DNA of 64,000 nt, taken from assembly GCA_964658305.1 (NCBI GenBank), contig OZ210884.1, forward strand, positions 6,510,001-6,574,000. The letters are read 5' to 3'. The notes beneath the pieces were generated by a model. It did no database searches. It saw nothing but the letters and a program-made list of their open reading frames with translations, and was not told where the DNA came from. Origin of the DNA: Leptogorgia sarmentosa. Lineage: Eukaryota. The translations under genes were made by a program, and so were the position numbers. Positions 37,301-52,300 of the stretch are shown one piece after another. The stretch's first letter is position 1, and every line of letters begins with the position of its first letter.

Positions 37301-40300
37301 AAAATCTATGTGGTACAAATCACAACTTCGTCCAATCAAGTGAAGGATTTTAAAGCTTTGGTGACTGTGCGCTTGCATAAGGAAGGAAATCAAGGAATAT
37401 TGCCAAATTGTGTCAAAGAGATTGCCGATATTGTTAATATGCAAGCATCCGTAATATGTGAGCCCCCGTTACCAGGTCGTTACGTGAGAATTGAAACAAC
37501 GGATGGACAGCTCCAACTTTGTGAAGTACAAGTCTATGGTGCTGGTAAGTATAAGTTATAGATTATTTAATCAAATTAAATGCTTAATTACATCAAAAAA
37601 TACTTGAAGAAAAACAAACATATTTAATTTTCAAATCAATTTCCTGCCTTTCCTGTATTTTTCGTTAAAGGTTTGTGGTTGGATGCCTTACGTTATTTTG
37701 CTTGTTTTTTTTACTTTCAAACAATTTTTGTGTAATTCTTACACTGCAGATTCCCATCTCGAAGTTAAAGGTGTGATGCGTGCATTTTGGAATAAGTATC
37801 TAGTTGGTACAAACATCTATTCATTATTGGCAAGGGAGAAAACGTATCCTGACAGACCGTTATTTTTTAATTTTGCGTCATCGTTTTTATACATCAAGGC
37901 GTTTGTCCATCACGTGCGAGAAATGAGGGCTTATTTTTTGGTATGTGTTGTTTCCATTAAAAAGATTTATGCATACTTTCAAAAATTCGTTTTCCACGTC
38001 AATTTCATGATTAAGAATATTCTTTCAGGCTTCGAGTAGCGGGAACTACACCTTCAATCTCCATGGAAATGTTGTTGCTGAAGTGCTTGTTACAGAAACC
38101 AGATATTCAACCAAAAATATATTGAGAGTTTTGCTGGAAAAAGGGAAATCAAGGCAAGCTGTTTATGATAGACCTTGTGCATAATAACGTTACAATTGAG
38201 GATGATGCCTGAATGGAATCCTGGAATTGGTAGTAAGGGCAGGAAAATTTGTTTGTTCTCAAGGTTTTCTGCCGTGACTACTGAGACAGGAATTCCCTAC
38301 ACAACTCACCCCTGTGACGTCATGTGCGCAAGGCCTATTGTTTTCTTACCTCTCGATAACTTTCTTCATAATGTCATAAGAAAAACAACTTAAGTTTAAC
38401 GATAGCTATGATCTGCAAATGAATGTTTCAAAATATAAAATTTCAGGTCATCTGAGAGCCAGCAGTCAGCATCTGTAATATTAAAAGCCTGCCGATTTTA
38501 TTTTGTGAAATTGATAACGACATATACTGACTATTCTGACGCATTGTCATTTGCCATTGAACAAGAAGGTGGCCATTACGAAATCCCCGTCGATAGTAAA
38601 AGATTGTTCTGGGCTTTGCCAGGTACGAAGTTACATATAACATATTACCATTTTAGGACAAGACAGAAATCAAGGTTTTTTCTTTACCTGAATATTGTCT
38701 CGTCTTTTTAGTTTATGATGATTTTAAGTCAATAAAATAATAATTAAATCATATTAGGGTCCCACCAGTTTGTAGCTACGCCATACTGAACAAATGTATT
38801 TAATAATTCTATAAAATTAGCTCTCATTGTATGGGAATGGAATATTTTTATCATAGCAGAAAATCAGTGTAAGCATTTTTCAGACCACAGTGATACATAG
38901 TATCCCAAACACGTAGAACGTTACCATGGTTTGTATTTTTCCTGACACACAGGACAACTTGATGTAAAATTCGACATGAAAAAGAGGGATACGACAACTA
39001 GGGTTGAAATAACGCGTCCAATTAATATAACAGGTATGGAAATGAAACCGTGCATCACCGGGACTAAAATATTCTTCTACACATCGTCACAGCAAACTGT
39101 CATTTCAGGCTGAGTGTTTGCATTAGCATCGTATCTTTGTTTTGTGTAGGAACATACAGGATTGAATGTTTGGGGCTGTATTGTGGTGACTGTCCACTGG
39201 CAATATTTCTCTCCTTCGCTGGCCAAATAAAATGTGTTGAAACTTCCAGCCTAAGTATTTCTCAGAACGGTTCGATATTTCTTCACTTTGAAAACCGCTT
39301 CATGCTGCCAGGAACGAAACCTATTTACGTATGTATCGCCGAATATTACCAATTAATATTTGACATTAATATTAATAATATTTCCCTTTGCTGACAAAAT
39401 TTCGATTAAATCTCGGTATTTAGTGACAACAAATTCGAGCTACATGTAGTATTCATTCAATATAATTACCTTTAGTTACGTGCATAACGCGCGCACGTTG
39501 TTGTGTGCTTTATATATAATATATAAATTTATTATTAAGTACAAATAGAAAAGTTCTTGTTTTCCATTTAGCACATCTTTGATCTCTCTCTACTGTAGAT
39601 GGGTTACAAGATAGATGGGGATTGTCAAGCGATTTCAAAGGCGGTTGGCTCCAATTTTAGTTTTTCTGACGTTGTATCAAAAATTGGAAGCATTCTTCTA
39701 AAACGTAAGTTCTGGGGTTTTTTTATAAAACGCCCATCGTAATGTAGTAATGTTGAATTGTGTGTGTTTTTTTTCTGAAGTATTTAGCAGTCATGAATAA
39801 TTTCAAATAAATGAATTTCAATCCCTCCTTAGCAATGACAATGGCATCTTGCAATTTTAAACAGTCGAGGTTATGCGAAGAAAAAAGCAATGTTTCTGTT
39901 CACGGATGGCGCCAAACACAAGAGATAAAAGATGAACACAGTGAGTTAAATTTTATTGTCGAATAAATTCCAGTTTTCTCGTCTCAAATATTCACTGCAC
40001 CCTTTTGGAAAGCATACGAAAGCGAAGCTCAATCGCTATGTAGGTAAAATTATTAGCATAGCAAGAATTACCCTTATTGCTGATATTACTAATCTCCGCT
40101 CACATTTTTGTTAGAATGAAGAACAAATAAGCCTTAGCGATTCAGCCTCGCTTTCGAGTTTGCTGATCGACTTTATGCTTTGCGAAAAAGTGTGTTTTTA
40201 GAATTTGGCAAAGTAATTCGAAGTTGAGCGAAATTTTCACTGCGTCTTTTTTATATTGTACCTTTAGATAAAAAACATACACTGTCAACTGTTGAGAATA

Positions 40301-43300
40301 TGACATCTTCATTCACGTACGAATGGATAAAATACACGAACATTGTTCAAAGGACGGGAATATGCTTGACATTTCAATATAAAATGAATGGAAATAACAA
40401 TACGCTGGCATTGTATTTAAAAAGTTTCTCTGGAAAGAAGACATTGATGTGGAGGTTGCATGGTAATCATGGTCACGATTGGACCAGTGGAGCGGTAACA
40501 TACTGGCCGAAGCAAGATATCTCGGTGAGTTATTTTTTTGATGGTCGAATCCGTTTGTCTTTCTTTGAATGTTCGTTCATCCTTTTGTTTGCTTTCTTTT
40601 TAGGGTTTTTTTCAGTGTTTGTTTGTTTGTTTGTCAGTTCCTTTGTATTTTTTGTCTGTTTTATATTACATGTTTTTTAGTTCATTTTCGAAGGCGAGAT
40701 AATCCAAGCGAATACCGAGGTTTCTATTGCGAATATCGACGTTAAAACTGAGTCTTGTAACAGAGATGTTCATCCGCTCTATGCTGATCCAGGTAAAGTG
40801 AGATGTTTGTTTCAAGATTGAAGCTGATGTTACCTGGACGATCTTCAACAACGATTCGCTATTGAATGCACGATTATGAAGTTGTGCAAGATTTTATTGA
40901 TTCGCAGCACGTTGCGGTGCGAACTAATCTTTAAAAATCGTCAGTGCATGTAACATCAGTTTTTAAGGCTAAAATTGAATCTATATTTTTAATTTGTGTC
41001 TTCAATGACTGTTTTCTGAACATGCTCGAACTAGAATTAATGGGATCCTCCATGAAGTGGACATGCATCGTTATTGTTTATCATAATTATTACCAATTAG
41101 ATTTATATTTCCATGTCACATTTACAAATATTGGCGCCAGGGGACGCGGAACCGGGGGGGCATTAGGGGCAAGTGCCCCTCCCCCCCCCCCCACTTTTTG
41201 TACAAAGGGTCAATGTGCCCCTTTTTTTTAAAGGAAAGTGCCCTTTTTCATCCGTGCCCTTTTCGGATTGTGCCCCTCGGATTGGCGCTGTCCACATACA
41301 GTTACTGCAACTAACATGTCTGTCCTACTTTTTATTCGTTATTATTATGCAGAAATTTCTCTATATTTCCTATAGAGTATAAATGCGCCTCAGATAAATT
41401 TGAATGTTCAAATGGCAAGTGTATTAGTGCAAGCTTTGTCTGTGATGGTGACAAGAGATGTGCTGATGGCTCGGACGAAATATTATGTGAATGTCTTGCC
41501 GAACAATTCAAGTGTGAAAGCTCTGAACAATGTATTGATGTAAGACAAATGTGCAACGGATTGAAAGATTGTACTGATGGAAGCGATGAAAAAGACTGTT
41601 GTAAGTTGATTTTATAGAATGACGTCGCACGAAGGCCTTGGTTTGTCTTATTTGCCTCAGTCGATTCGGCTACAGCAGATAACACAAACCTCCGTCCAAG
41701 TAATTCCCTATATCCCTGATTCATGCAATAGTTGTTTAAAAATTAAAACTGAACACGAACAGAGAAAAGATGTACACACCTAAACATCGTATTCAAAACT
41801 ATAAATAATAAAAATCTTTCTTTCTAATCTTCAGCTAAAACCTGTGAGTCTGATGAATTTTATTGCCCCAGCGGCCTGTGTATTCCATGGACTTTAACGT
41901 GTAATGGCATTAGGGATTGTTCCGATGGAGCAGACGAGCCACTGGTCTGTGCTCACGAAACGAAAGGTAAACTTTAGCAGTTGAATGGGTCACGAACGTT
42001 TAAAGCTGTGCTAAAAGATTCACCTGCAAAAAGATAAAGATTGAACTCTGCATGGTTAAACGTTTCGCCCTGTTTTTTAGCAAATAAGTCGTGTGGTCTG
42101 AATGACCTTGGTTGCTCAAAACAGTCGAGAAATATCACCTCATGCGAAGAAATTGTTGCCAACGGTTAGCCCATATTTTATATACAGTACTGTGCAAAAG
42201 TTATAGGCACCTCGTGAAAAAGCATTTGACGCCATCTTATTGTAAACTTATCGTATAAGTTTACAATAAGTTTACAATAAGATGGCGTCAAATGCTTTTT
42301 CACGAGGTGCCTATAACTTTTGCATCGTATAAGTTTACAATAAGATGGCGTCAAATGCTTTTTCACGAGGTGCCTATAACTTTTGCATCGTATAAGTTTA
42401 CAATAAGATGGCGTCAAATGCTTATTCACGAGGTGCCTATAACTTTTGCACAGTACTGTAGTTGAGCGAATTTTACCAAAATTTATCATTTAATATATTC
42501 TACATAACATATTAAATTTGTGTAAGTAGTAAATAACAATAATTAACTGAGCAACGAAAGTTACATACTCACTATACCTAACCATGCAACGATATTTGAC
42601 GTTTCTACCAAAGGTCCTTTGTCGCGACCTAGTTAAATATTTAAATTGCCGACGGTTGGCGACGAAGATTGATTGTCTGAATTCTAGTTAAATTCTCTAC
42701 CAAGAGCCTTTTCCCGAAACGTCGAATCTTGTTAACGTTGTATCGTTCAGGCAGTTAGTAGAATTTTTGCAGCCTCTATAAAGATAATTAAGATATTGCT
42801 GATATTTCAAATTTCATGTACATGCTTTATGAAGTCCAACATGACAACAATCAAAATCTACAGAAAAAATCTTTTCTAATTCGAAACAATAAATATTCAC
42901 CATAACCACGTTGGTGATTTAGGTAATTGCGATTTTGAAAAAGATGGCTTTTGTGATTGGCAACAAATCCAAAATGGTGAAGATAATTTCGATTGGTCAA
43001 TCAACAGTGGTGAGACATCTTCAAAAAACACCGGACCAAAGGTTGATCATACGATTGGTACTAAAGAAGGTACAGTATTAATGAAAATTTAATAACGACC
43101 AGTCTTTTAGAAATAAAAATACGTTTGACCATACTACCTCATATGTACTTTATCAGGATCATATATCTATATCGAGGCCAGTTCTCCGCGTGTTCTGGGT
43201 GACAAAGCAATACTAAAAGCTGGTCCTTTTTACAATGAAGAAAATTTTTGCTTCACTTTCAATTATCACATGTATGGCAGCGATATTGGACGTCTTAATG

Positions 43301-46300
43301 TGTACCAGTTTTGGAACAAAACAAAACAACAACTGGTTTGGAAAAAAGAGTCCTCAACTGAAGACGATGCTTGGAAAACTGCCTCGATTGATTTTAGAAC
43401 GAGTCAGAAATTTTACGTGAGTAAAATCTGAAATGAAGGGGATTTTTATTAGAAAGTTTGTGTCAGTAAATCTCAAAATAAACAAATATTTTTCTCATTT
43501 TTACCTGTGAGTCATTTTCCAATTTACAGTTATTGATCGAGGGTGTCTGTGGCGATGGATCCCATGGCGATATTGCGATTGACGACATTTCCATGGTTCC
43601 AAAAAATTGTTCGCAGGTTCACAATGGTAAGAAGTGGAAGCAGTTTTTAGGAATTGTAACAAGGCCGAGGCTTTCAAATTATCCTCTATCACATTCTCTA
43701 CAGTCTCGTCCCCGTTTTGCTCGTTTGAAGAAAAATGTGATTGGCAATGGTCTCCCGCGGATGTTTGGAAACATAAGCGAGTGCTCGACAAGAATCCACC
43801 TGTACTGCAAGGTGCGTTTCGTAATAAACTGTATTTTTATAAGCATCAAACAAAGAACATAAAAATTAATATTGTTTATGCGACATAAGGTGACATAAAA
43901 ACTCAAATTTGTGTAATAATTTATATGTTATTGACTGAGTTTGTTGACTTTGTTCGACCCGTACTGGAGGATACTGCACGGTCTCGTTCTTTTCTCGCTT
44001 GTTTATGGGCCTCGCCGAAGCGATTTATTATCGTGGCAAAAGATAAACAAAACTCGTTTACAATAATTCAACAATATGAACAAAGCCGGTAAATGGCTAA
44101 TTAATATAAGAACAGCTGAAGAAGTTCGCTAAAAACGGACCACTCAGAAACACTTGCCATATAATAATGAGAGTTACATGCAGCAATGAAACTTAATGCT
44201 CTGTACTAAATCTTGCCCAGGCACATGGCATCCCGCTCACAAACTTGAATTAGGTCAGCAAACGCAAGAGAAACTTGAATGATGTGTTCCTGATTAATAC
44301 AATACCGATTCATAGATTATTTTCTGAAAACAACGACATCAGGCAACCTATGGACCACGTTATCTGAAGACATGAGTGGGCAATTTCAGTGCATGACATT
44401 CTGGTACACATTCTATTACTGCACTGGCATGTCATTTTACTCAACCCAAGAATTTGCCTCGCATGCATATGAGCTTCAAATGAACCACACTCTGGCAGAT
44501 GTCGAGGGAAATGTTCAATGGGTGTTTGGTGAGATGCCACTTAAAAGATTTCACGGACAGTCAAAGGTATCTACTCCAAATCTGTGATTAATAGAGCTTG
44601 TCATTAGCATGACAAAATCACTGGACCGTGCATGATTCCTTTAAAGAGGTACAGTTATTTCATTCATTGTGAGTTTTCCAAAAAAAGCAAATAGGCAAAA
44701 AGACACCATTCAAACACAAATGAAATTGTTTTAGAAATTACGAACAAGGTACTGAAAATGATTTAATCATCACTTGTACTGTAATTGTTATGATTTTTAC
44801 AATAATCATTAGAATAATCACCCATAATAGCTGAATTAAACGCTTCAAAGTTTTACACTGAAATTGGCAGCTGCAATTTTTCCCGTGAGAAACGTCCTAC
44901 AATACAATTAGGGATAATTAGGGATAATAGCACTTGTGATGTTTGAAAATGTGATTGCCTTTACCAAAAGCATAATTTTTTATATATAGTAAATACAATG
45001 AAATTTGCATTTTTAACACAAGGTTACCATCAATGTACTCATTCAGTCTCAGACGCTCCATCCAGAGACATCTGCGGATAGAAAGTCGTCGAAATGCTAC
45101 CTGGGAATTGACGAAATAAATTTTTCAACCGAACCATGTTTAGGTTTCCAGCAAGGTAGGTTGGCATCCGAAGAGTTGTGTTAGCTTTAGTTGGGTCTGC
45201 TGGTAGTCCATTTTAAAGCTCATGCATGCGCGTTTTCCATTTCATTATTTTGCACCCGGCGGCAAAAAAATTGACAAGGAAATCATGTTTTTATCGATTC
45301 ATTCGTTGCTGAAGAAATTTGTTCTGCCTCTCCAGTTGTTGGAAATGTTCAATTTTTACAGACCTTTTACTGATGGCGCGAAAGAACAAGGAATAAAATA
45401 ATTTTCGGTGGCGAAATTTTTCGCAAGCGGCGGCGAAATACGTGAGTGGAAAACAGGGTTAAAAATGATTCCCAATGTAATTTCCACATTCTTCAATTGT
45501 TTTTTTTGTTTAATAAATTCGAATTGTTGGAATGGAAACTAGAAATGACAGTCAAGTAGGCATGCTAAAATCAATTGCCAATAGAACACTTTTTAATTTT
45601 TTATCTTCAAGGTGGTTTAGTTTGGATTCGAAAATCTTCAAATTTTTACAAAGCTTTGAAGAAGCAAAATCAGGACGGAGACGTCACAGTTTTTTATCGC
45701 AACGGCTTCCCGCCAAGTGACGTTAACTCGCTAGAGTGTCAGTTGTACAAATGCACACGACGTTTCATAGAAAAATCTGCAAACTATTTGAATTACATTG
45801 TTGATATGGTCAACTCGTCTGAGTACTCCAGGACGTCCGTTGGAAGTAGAGTATTTGTAGAGGAAAGCGAGAATACAGCAGTTATGGGAACCGTGATCTT
45901 AAAAACGACGGAGAAGTTAACAGTTCGACTTGATTCCAATGGTTCAGATATTATACCTGTTCATAAAAAAATTTATCTGCTGCCATTTCAGTTAGACATA
46001 CATGGTGAGTAGATCTAAGTTCTAAATCGATACTCAGCCACCATACTCAGTATCGTGGTTGAAATATCGTGGCTGAGTATCGTGTAGAAGTCCGTGGTTG
46101 AACATCGTGGTTGAAGCCCATGATTGAGCATCGTGGTTGAAGTCCGTGGTTGAAGTACTTCAACCACGTTACTCAACCACGGACTTCTACACGACACTCA
46201 GCTACTATATTCAACCACGATACTCAGCCACCATACTCAGTATCGTGGTTGAAATATCGTGGCCAAGTATCGTGTAGAAGTCCGTGGTTGAACATCGTGG

Positions 46301-49300
46301 TTGAAGCCGTGATTGAGCATCGTGGTTGAAATCCGTAGTTGAAGTACTTCAACCACGTTACTCAACCACGGACTTCTACACGATACTCAGCTACGATATT
46401 CAACCACGATACTCAGCCACTATACTCAGTATCGTGGTTGAAATATCAGGGCTGAGTATCGTGTAGAAGTCCGTGGTTGAGTATCGTGGTTGAAGTCCGT
46501 GGTTGAACATCGTGGTTGAAGCCGTGATTGAGCATCGTGGTTGAGTCCGTGGTTGAAGTACTTCAACCACGTTACTCAACCACGGACTTCTACACGATAC
46601 TCAGATACGATATTCAACCACGATACTCAGCCACCATACTCAGTATCGTGGTTGAAATATCAGGGCTGAGTATCGTGTAGAAGTCCGTGGTTGAACATCG
46701 TGGTTGAAGCCGTGATTGAGCATCGTGGTTGAGTCCGTGGTTGAAGTACTTCAACCACGTTACTCAACCACGGACTTCTACACGATACTCAGATACGATA
46801 TTCAACCACGATACTCAGCCACCATACTCAGTATCGTGGTTGAAATATCGTGGCTGAGTATCGTGTAGAAATCCGTGGTTGAACATCGTGGTTGAAGCCC
46901 GTGATTGAGCATCGTGGTTGAAGTCCGTTGAAGTACTTCAACCACGTTACTCAACCACGGACTTCTACACGACACTCAGCTACGATATTCAACCACGATA
47001 CTCAGCCACCATACTCAGTATCGTGGTTGAAATATCGTGGCTGAGTATCGTGTAGAAGTCCGTGGTTGAACATCGTGGTTGAAACCCATGATTGAGCATC
47101 GTGGTTGAAGTCCGTGGTTGAAGTACTTCAACCACGTTACTCAACCACGGACTTCTACACGACACTCAGCTACTATATTCAACCACGATACTCAGCCACC
47201 ATACTCAGTATCGTGGTTGAAATATCGTGGCCAAGTATCGTGTAGAAGTCCGTGGTTGAACATCGTGGTTGAAGCCGTGATTGAGCATCGTGGTTGAAAT
47301 CCGTAGTTGAAGTACTTCAACCACGTTACTCAACCACGGACTTCTACACGATACTCAGCTACGATATTCAACCACGATACTCAGCCACTATACTCAGTAT
47401 CGTGGTTGAAATATCAGGGCTGAGTATCGTGTAGAAGTCCGTGGTTGAGTATCGTGGTTGAAGTCCGTGGTTGAACATCGTGGTTGAAGCCGTGATTGAG
47501 CATCGTGGTTGAGTCCGTGGTTGAAGTACTTCAACCACGTTACTCAACCACGGACTTCTACACGATACTCAGATACGATATTCAACCACGATACTCAGCC
47601 ACCATACTCAGTATCGTGGTTAAAATATCAGGGCTGAGTATCGTGTAGAAGTCCGTGGTTGAACATCGTGGTTGAAGCCGTGATTGAGCATCGTGGTTGA
47701 GTCCGTGGTTGAAGTACTTCAACCACGTTACTCAACCACGGACTTCTACACGATACTCAGATACGATATTCAACCACGATACTCAGCCACCATACTCAGT
47801 ATCGTGGTTGAAATATCGTGGCTGAGTATCGTGTAGAAATCCGTGGTTGAACATCGTGGTTGAAGCCCGTGATTGAGCATCGTGGTTGAAGTCCGTTGAA
47901 GTACTTCAACCACGTTACTCAACCACGGACTTCTACACGACACTCAGCTACGATATTCAACCACGATACTCAGCCACCATACTCAGTATCGTGGTTGAAA
48001 TATCGTGGCTGAGTATCGTGTAGAAGTCCGTGGTTGAACATCGTGGTTGAAGCCCATGATTGAGCATCGTGGTTGAAGTCCGTGGTTGAAGTACTTCAAC
48101 CACGTTACTCAACCACGGACTTCTACACGATACTCAGCTACGATATTCAACCACGATACTCAGCCACTATACTCAGTATCGTGGTTGAAATATCGTGGCT
48201 GAGTATCGTGTAGAAGTCCGTGGTTGAACATCGTGGTTGAAGCCGTGATTGAGCATCGTGGTTGAAGTCCGTGGTTGAAGTACTTCAACCACGTTACTCA
48301 ACCACGGACTTCTACACGATACTCAGCTACGATATTCAACCACGATACTCAGCCACCATACTCAGTATCGTGGTTGAAATATCGTGGCTAAGTATCGTGT
48401 AGAAGTCCGTGGTTGAACATCGTGGTTGAAGTCCGTGGTTGAAGTCCGTGGTTGAAGAACTTCAACCACGTTACTCAACCACGGACTTCTACACGATGCT
48501 CAGCTACGATATTCAACCACGATACTCAGCCACCATACTCAGTATCGTGGTTGAAATTTCGTGGCTGAGTATCGTGTAGAAGTCCGTGGTTGAACTTCGT
48601 GGTTGAAGGCTTCTAATATTTTGCATAACAACTCAAAAACAAAATACACCCAATTTTCCCAAATGTTAACAAAATTTCTAGGGTATACATATTTTGCAAA
48701 TAATTTTGCCGACGAAGATTGATTGTCTGAATTCTAGTTAAATTCTCTATCAAGGGCCTTTTCCCGAAACGTCGAATCTTGTTAACGTTGTATCGTTCAG
48801 GCAGTTAGTAGAATTTTTGCAGCCTCTATAAAGATATTGCTGATATTTCAAATTTCATGCACATGATTTATCAAATCCAACACGACAATCAAAATCCACA
48901 ACAGAAAAAATCTTTTTTAATAATAAGTATTCACCATAAGCACGTTGGTGATATACATATTGTGTAAACATTTTGCATTTAGTGCAGTTTAGAGGATCCA
49001 TCTCTCCAACTCATCGATTTTGCATGTTGATATTTTTACCATTCAAAAAGCAACTGCCATCAAATTCAAACACAGGCTTTTTATATCCTTTATAATTTTT
49101 TCCACCTCAAATCTCCTGACTTTTCAATGGCTTTATTATTTTTAAATTAGGACCCTCCTGGCTGACTACAACTCAGTACTGTATCTCATCCTTTAATGGT
49201 TCATGCTATTTCTTCTCGCGCAAAAAACTAAACTGGTTTGAGGGCGCGGACTTCTGCAAGATACGTGGTAGTGAAATTGGCAAATTTGACTCGCAATTCG

Positions 49301-52300
49301 AAGAACATTTCCACAAAGTAAATTTCAAAGGACGTTTGCCGTTTTGGATTGGTTATCATGGGCATAAATACAAGGGGAGAAAATTCGTGTGGAGTGATGG
49401 TAGTGAGGATCTCTATAATAAACTGGATAAAAAGGGCCTCAAGTTGGGTTTCTCTGCTGGTTTATGTACCCTAGTTACAAATTCAGGAAATTGGGAACGA
49501 CGAAACTGTAGTGAGACTCACATTGTTCTTTGCCGCCAACCAGGTAAGGTTTGATTCGTACCTGCGTGATGTGAAAACGTGCCAACATTTGGCAATATGG
49601 ATATCAACAACATCTCCAATATTAATCTTCAATATTAATCTTCAACATTAATCTTCAATAAACAGCAAACGTTAAAATTTATTGCATCGTTTAGGTGTAA
49701 GCAGAACTTTGGTTGCCGGAATTTTTATATTATCTTAAAATGCTAGGGATAACCGAAGCCACAGACCAGTTTAAAATCAGACCAATTTTACTGCTTGATA
49801 GCTAATTTTGAAAATACATCAAATAAATTTAAATTAATTGCTGTACATTGTTTGTCCATGCAAATTTCAAACAAATAGGAATTTTGTTTTTTTTTGTCAA
49901 TTATTTTCCCCGGCGGCAGTGATATAACAGAGTGGAAAACGGACTATAGTGTAATTCAGGTAACTGAAACTGACAAAGTTTTTCATTCTTCCAGCTACCG
50001 AAGAAAATATCATAACTCCTTGTGGAGAGGAAAGGCTATCCTGTAGCACACCCAAAACTGTGATGCGCATTCGAGTAGCAGAACTTCGACCATTCAAGCA
50101 AGGAATGTGTTCATCTTCAGCCACTGCCAATAAAACTTGTGCTCAGTCCTACATTAAGTCCAAACTAGAAGTCCTCAAAGAAATCAAATCAATATGTAAT
50201 GGCCTGAGTGAATGCAATGTTTCAGTGAATTCTTTATCAAGCGATCCTTGCCCATTTGAGCCAAAATATATCTTCGTCCTGCATAGATGTTTCAGGAGAA
50301 GAATCTCTAACCCTGGTACGTTTAATGTTAATTTTACGAACACTCATTTTGGTGCATAGAAATGTTAACGTCAGATGGCTAATCATAATAACAGGATGAT
50401 TAGCTCGTGAAAAAAGTTCATGTGAAAAAAGTTCATAGGGTGTTAACAATCAATAATAATTACTTTTCGAATTATCATTTTTGGCAGCACTCTCAGAGAA
50501 AAGAGCTGTATTCCTTAAACAAGAATGGCTAAAATATCGTTCCTCCTACTACAAGTTCTATGCACGCCAAGCTGCTTGGCAAGAAGCACGTAAAACCTGT
50601 GATGTTGAGGAAGGAGCAACGCTAGTGTCGCTCAACGACATTGAAGAGGAGATCTATGTGACGAATCAAATGAAATCAAATGGTATTAACAATTTCCATA
50701 TTGGGCTAACGGCTATGGACTATCCAGGCAGGTTTGATTGGCTGGATGGTAGCAAAAGTCCATACAGGAATTGGGGCAATGGCTCCGTTCAGAAATTTAC
50801 TGGTAAACAGCTGTATGTGTCGGTTGGACTTAATGGTTGGTTTGCTCAAGATCATAAGAATCTTGCTGGTTTCGCCTGCAAATACACGCCAGGTATACGA
50901 AATAACTTTGTTCATTATACGACAATGACGTCATTTTACCATATAAGGGCAAAACAGAGTATTGCACTCGCCGTATTGCACTCTAATATACTGGTTTGAA
51001 ACCGGTTTGTTTGCGATCTCAAAACAAAGCAACTTTAAATTAATAGTCTTACATAGCTACTATATAACAAATATAGCTTATGAATGGCTTGATATGCAAT
51101 ACGGCTGGTATTTTACGAGTTTCGTAAGTATTTTTCCGAGACCGCGGGGCAAGGGAAAATGCGAGAAACTCGTAAAATACTAGGCCGTATTGCATGTCAA
51201 ACTATTCAATAAGCTATATTTATATATAGTAGCTATGTAAGACTATTAATTAAAGGTGACTAGGTGAGTTATCCCAATCTAAAATGCAACACTGAATGAA
51301 AGTTTCTGTCGTCCAGTGCGATTTTAATATCAGGCCTATCTGAACATATGTTTTTATCACTACATAATAGGACTTGGGGAATGTGATTTTGAGACCAACT
51401 GGTGCGGTTGGCGAGATAATTCTACCACGACTAAATCTCAATGGTATCGCGCAATGGACGAAAGCTATATACCTTCAGAAATAAGAACATCAGGTTAGAA
51501 TATAATTTAAATGCTTTCATGCGGGCACAGCCTAGCCTCCAGTCCCAGAAATTTTCTTTTTGAAAAGGAAATACCCTGGCTGGAGAAAAAGAATCAAATT
51601 ACATTCCCTTATTTAAGGATCCTACGCCACAAATCAAAGCAAAATCTTAAACTTGACGATGCCGTTGCTCAGCCCTTTTTCGACTCTCGAACACGGTTTT
51701 AGGGATATCTGGGGTCTTTAGAGAGCCGAGTAGGGGCACCTGCAGATAATCTGGGGATGTTTAAGATGGAATTTCCAACAACATGGCACTAACCTGTTTT
51801 GGGTTTTAATAAAACAAAGTTTACGACAAATACATAAAATCTGTGTCCAATTGTTACAGATTTAATCAGAAGAACGCAGACTTCGGACCAGGGTATATAC
51901 ATATTCACAGTGAATGAGAACGCTGACAACGACAATATATTCTTCAGAACTGACAGACCAAAAGAAATCACGCGACTTACGTTGTGTGTCTGGGTTTTTA
52001 TTGACGACAGCAGCACCAGTAGCGCGACTGTAGTTTTATTTGGCACTAAACTTTGCGTGAAAATATATCTTGAAGAGGACTCCAGATTTGGTGTGAGTTT
52101 TTACGGTTGGAACAGGTATGTCTTGTTCGGTTTCTATCTTGGATTTGGTCGTCCCCTTACCTAAATCATCATGACTTTAATTCCTGAAACTTTTTTATCA
52201 ATACCATAGTACTGATTAATCAGTTAATCGTTGCATTTTCGCAATAAAAGTTCATTACAATAACGTAAGACTTCAGCTCAACTTGGCCAGAGAGCCTTGT

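Noticed and set aside
44112..44156. Hammerhead-like CTGAAGA...GAAAC
   Set aside because: Extra bases between stem II and GAAA, and no stem I or cleavage triplet.
46030..48607. Possible CRISPR array
   Set aside because: No unique spacers, the whole unit repeats, the context is a eukaryotic intron, and there are no cas genes.
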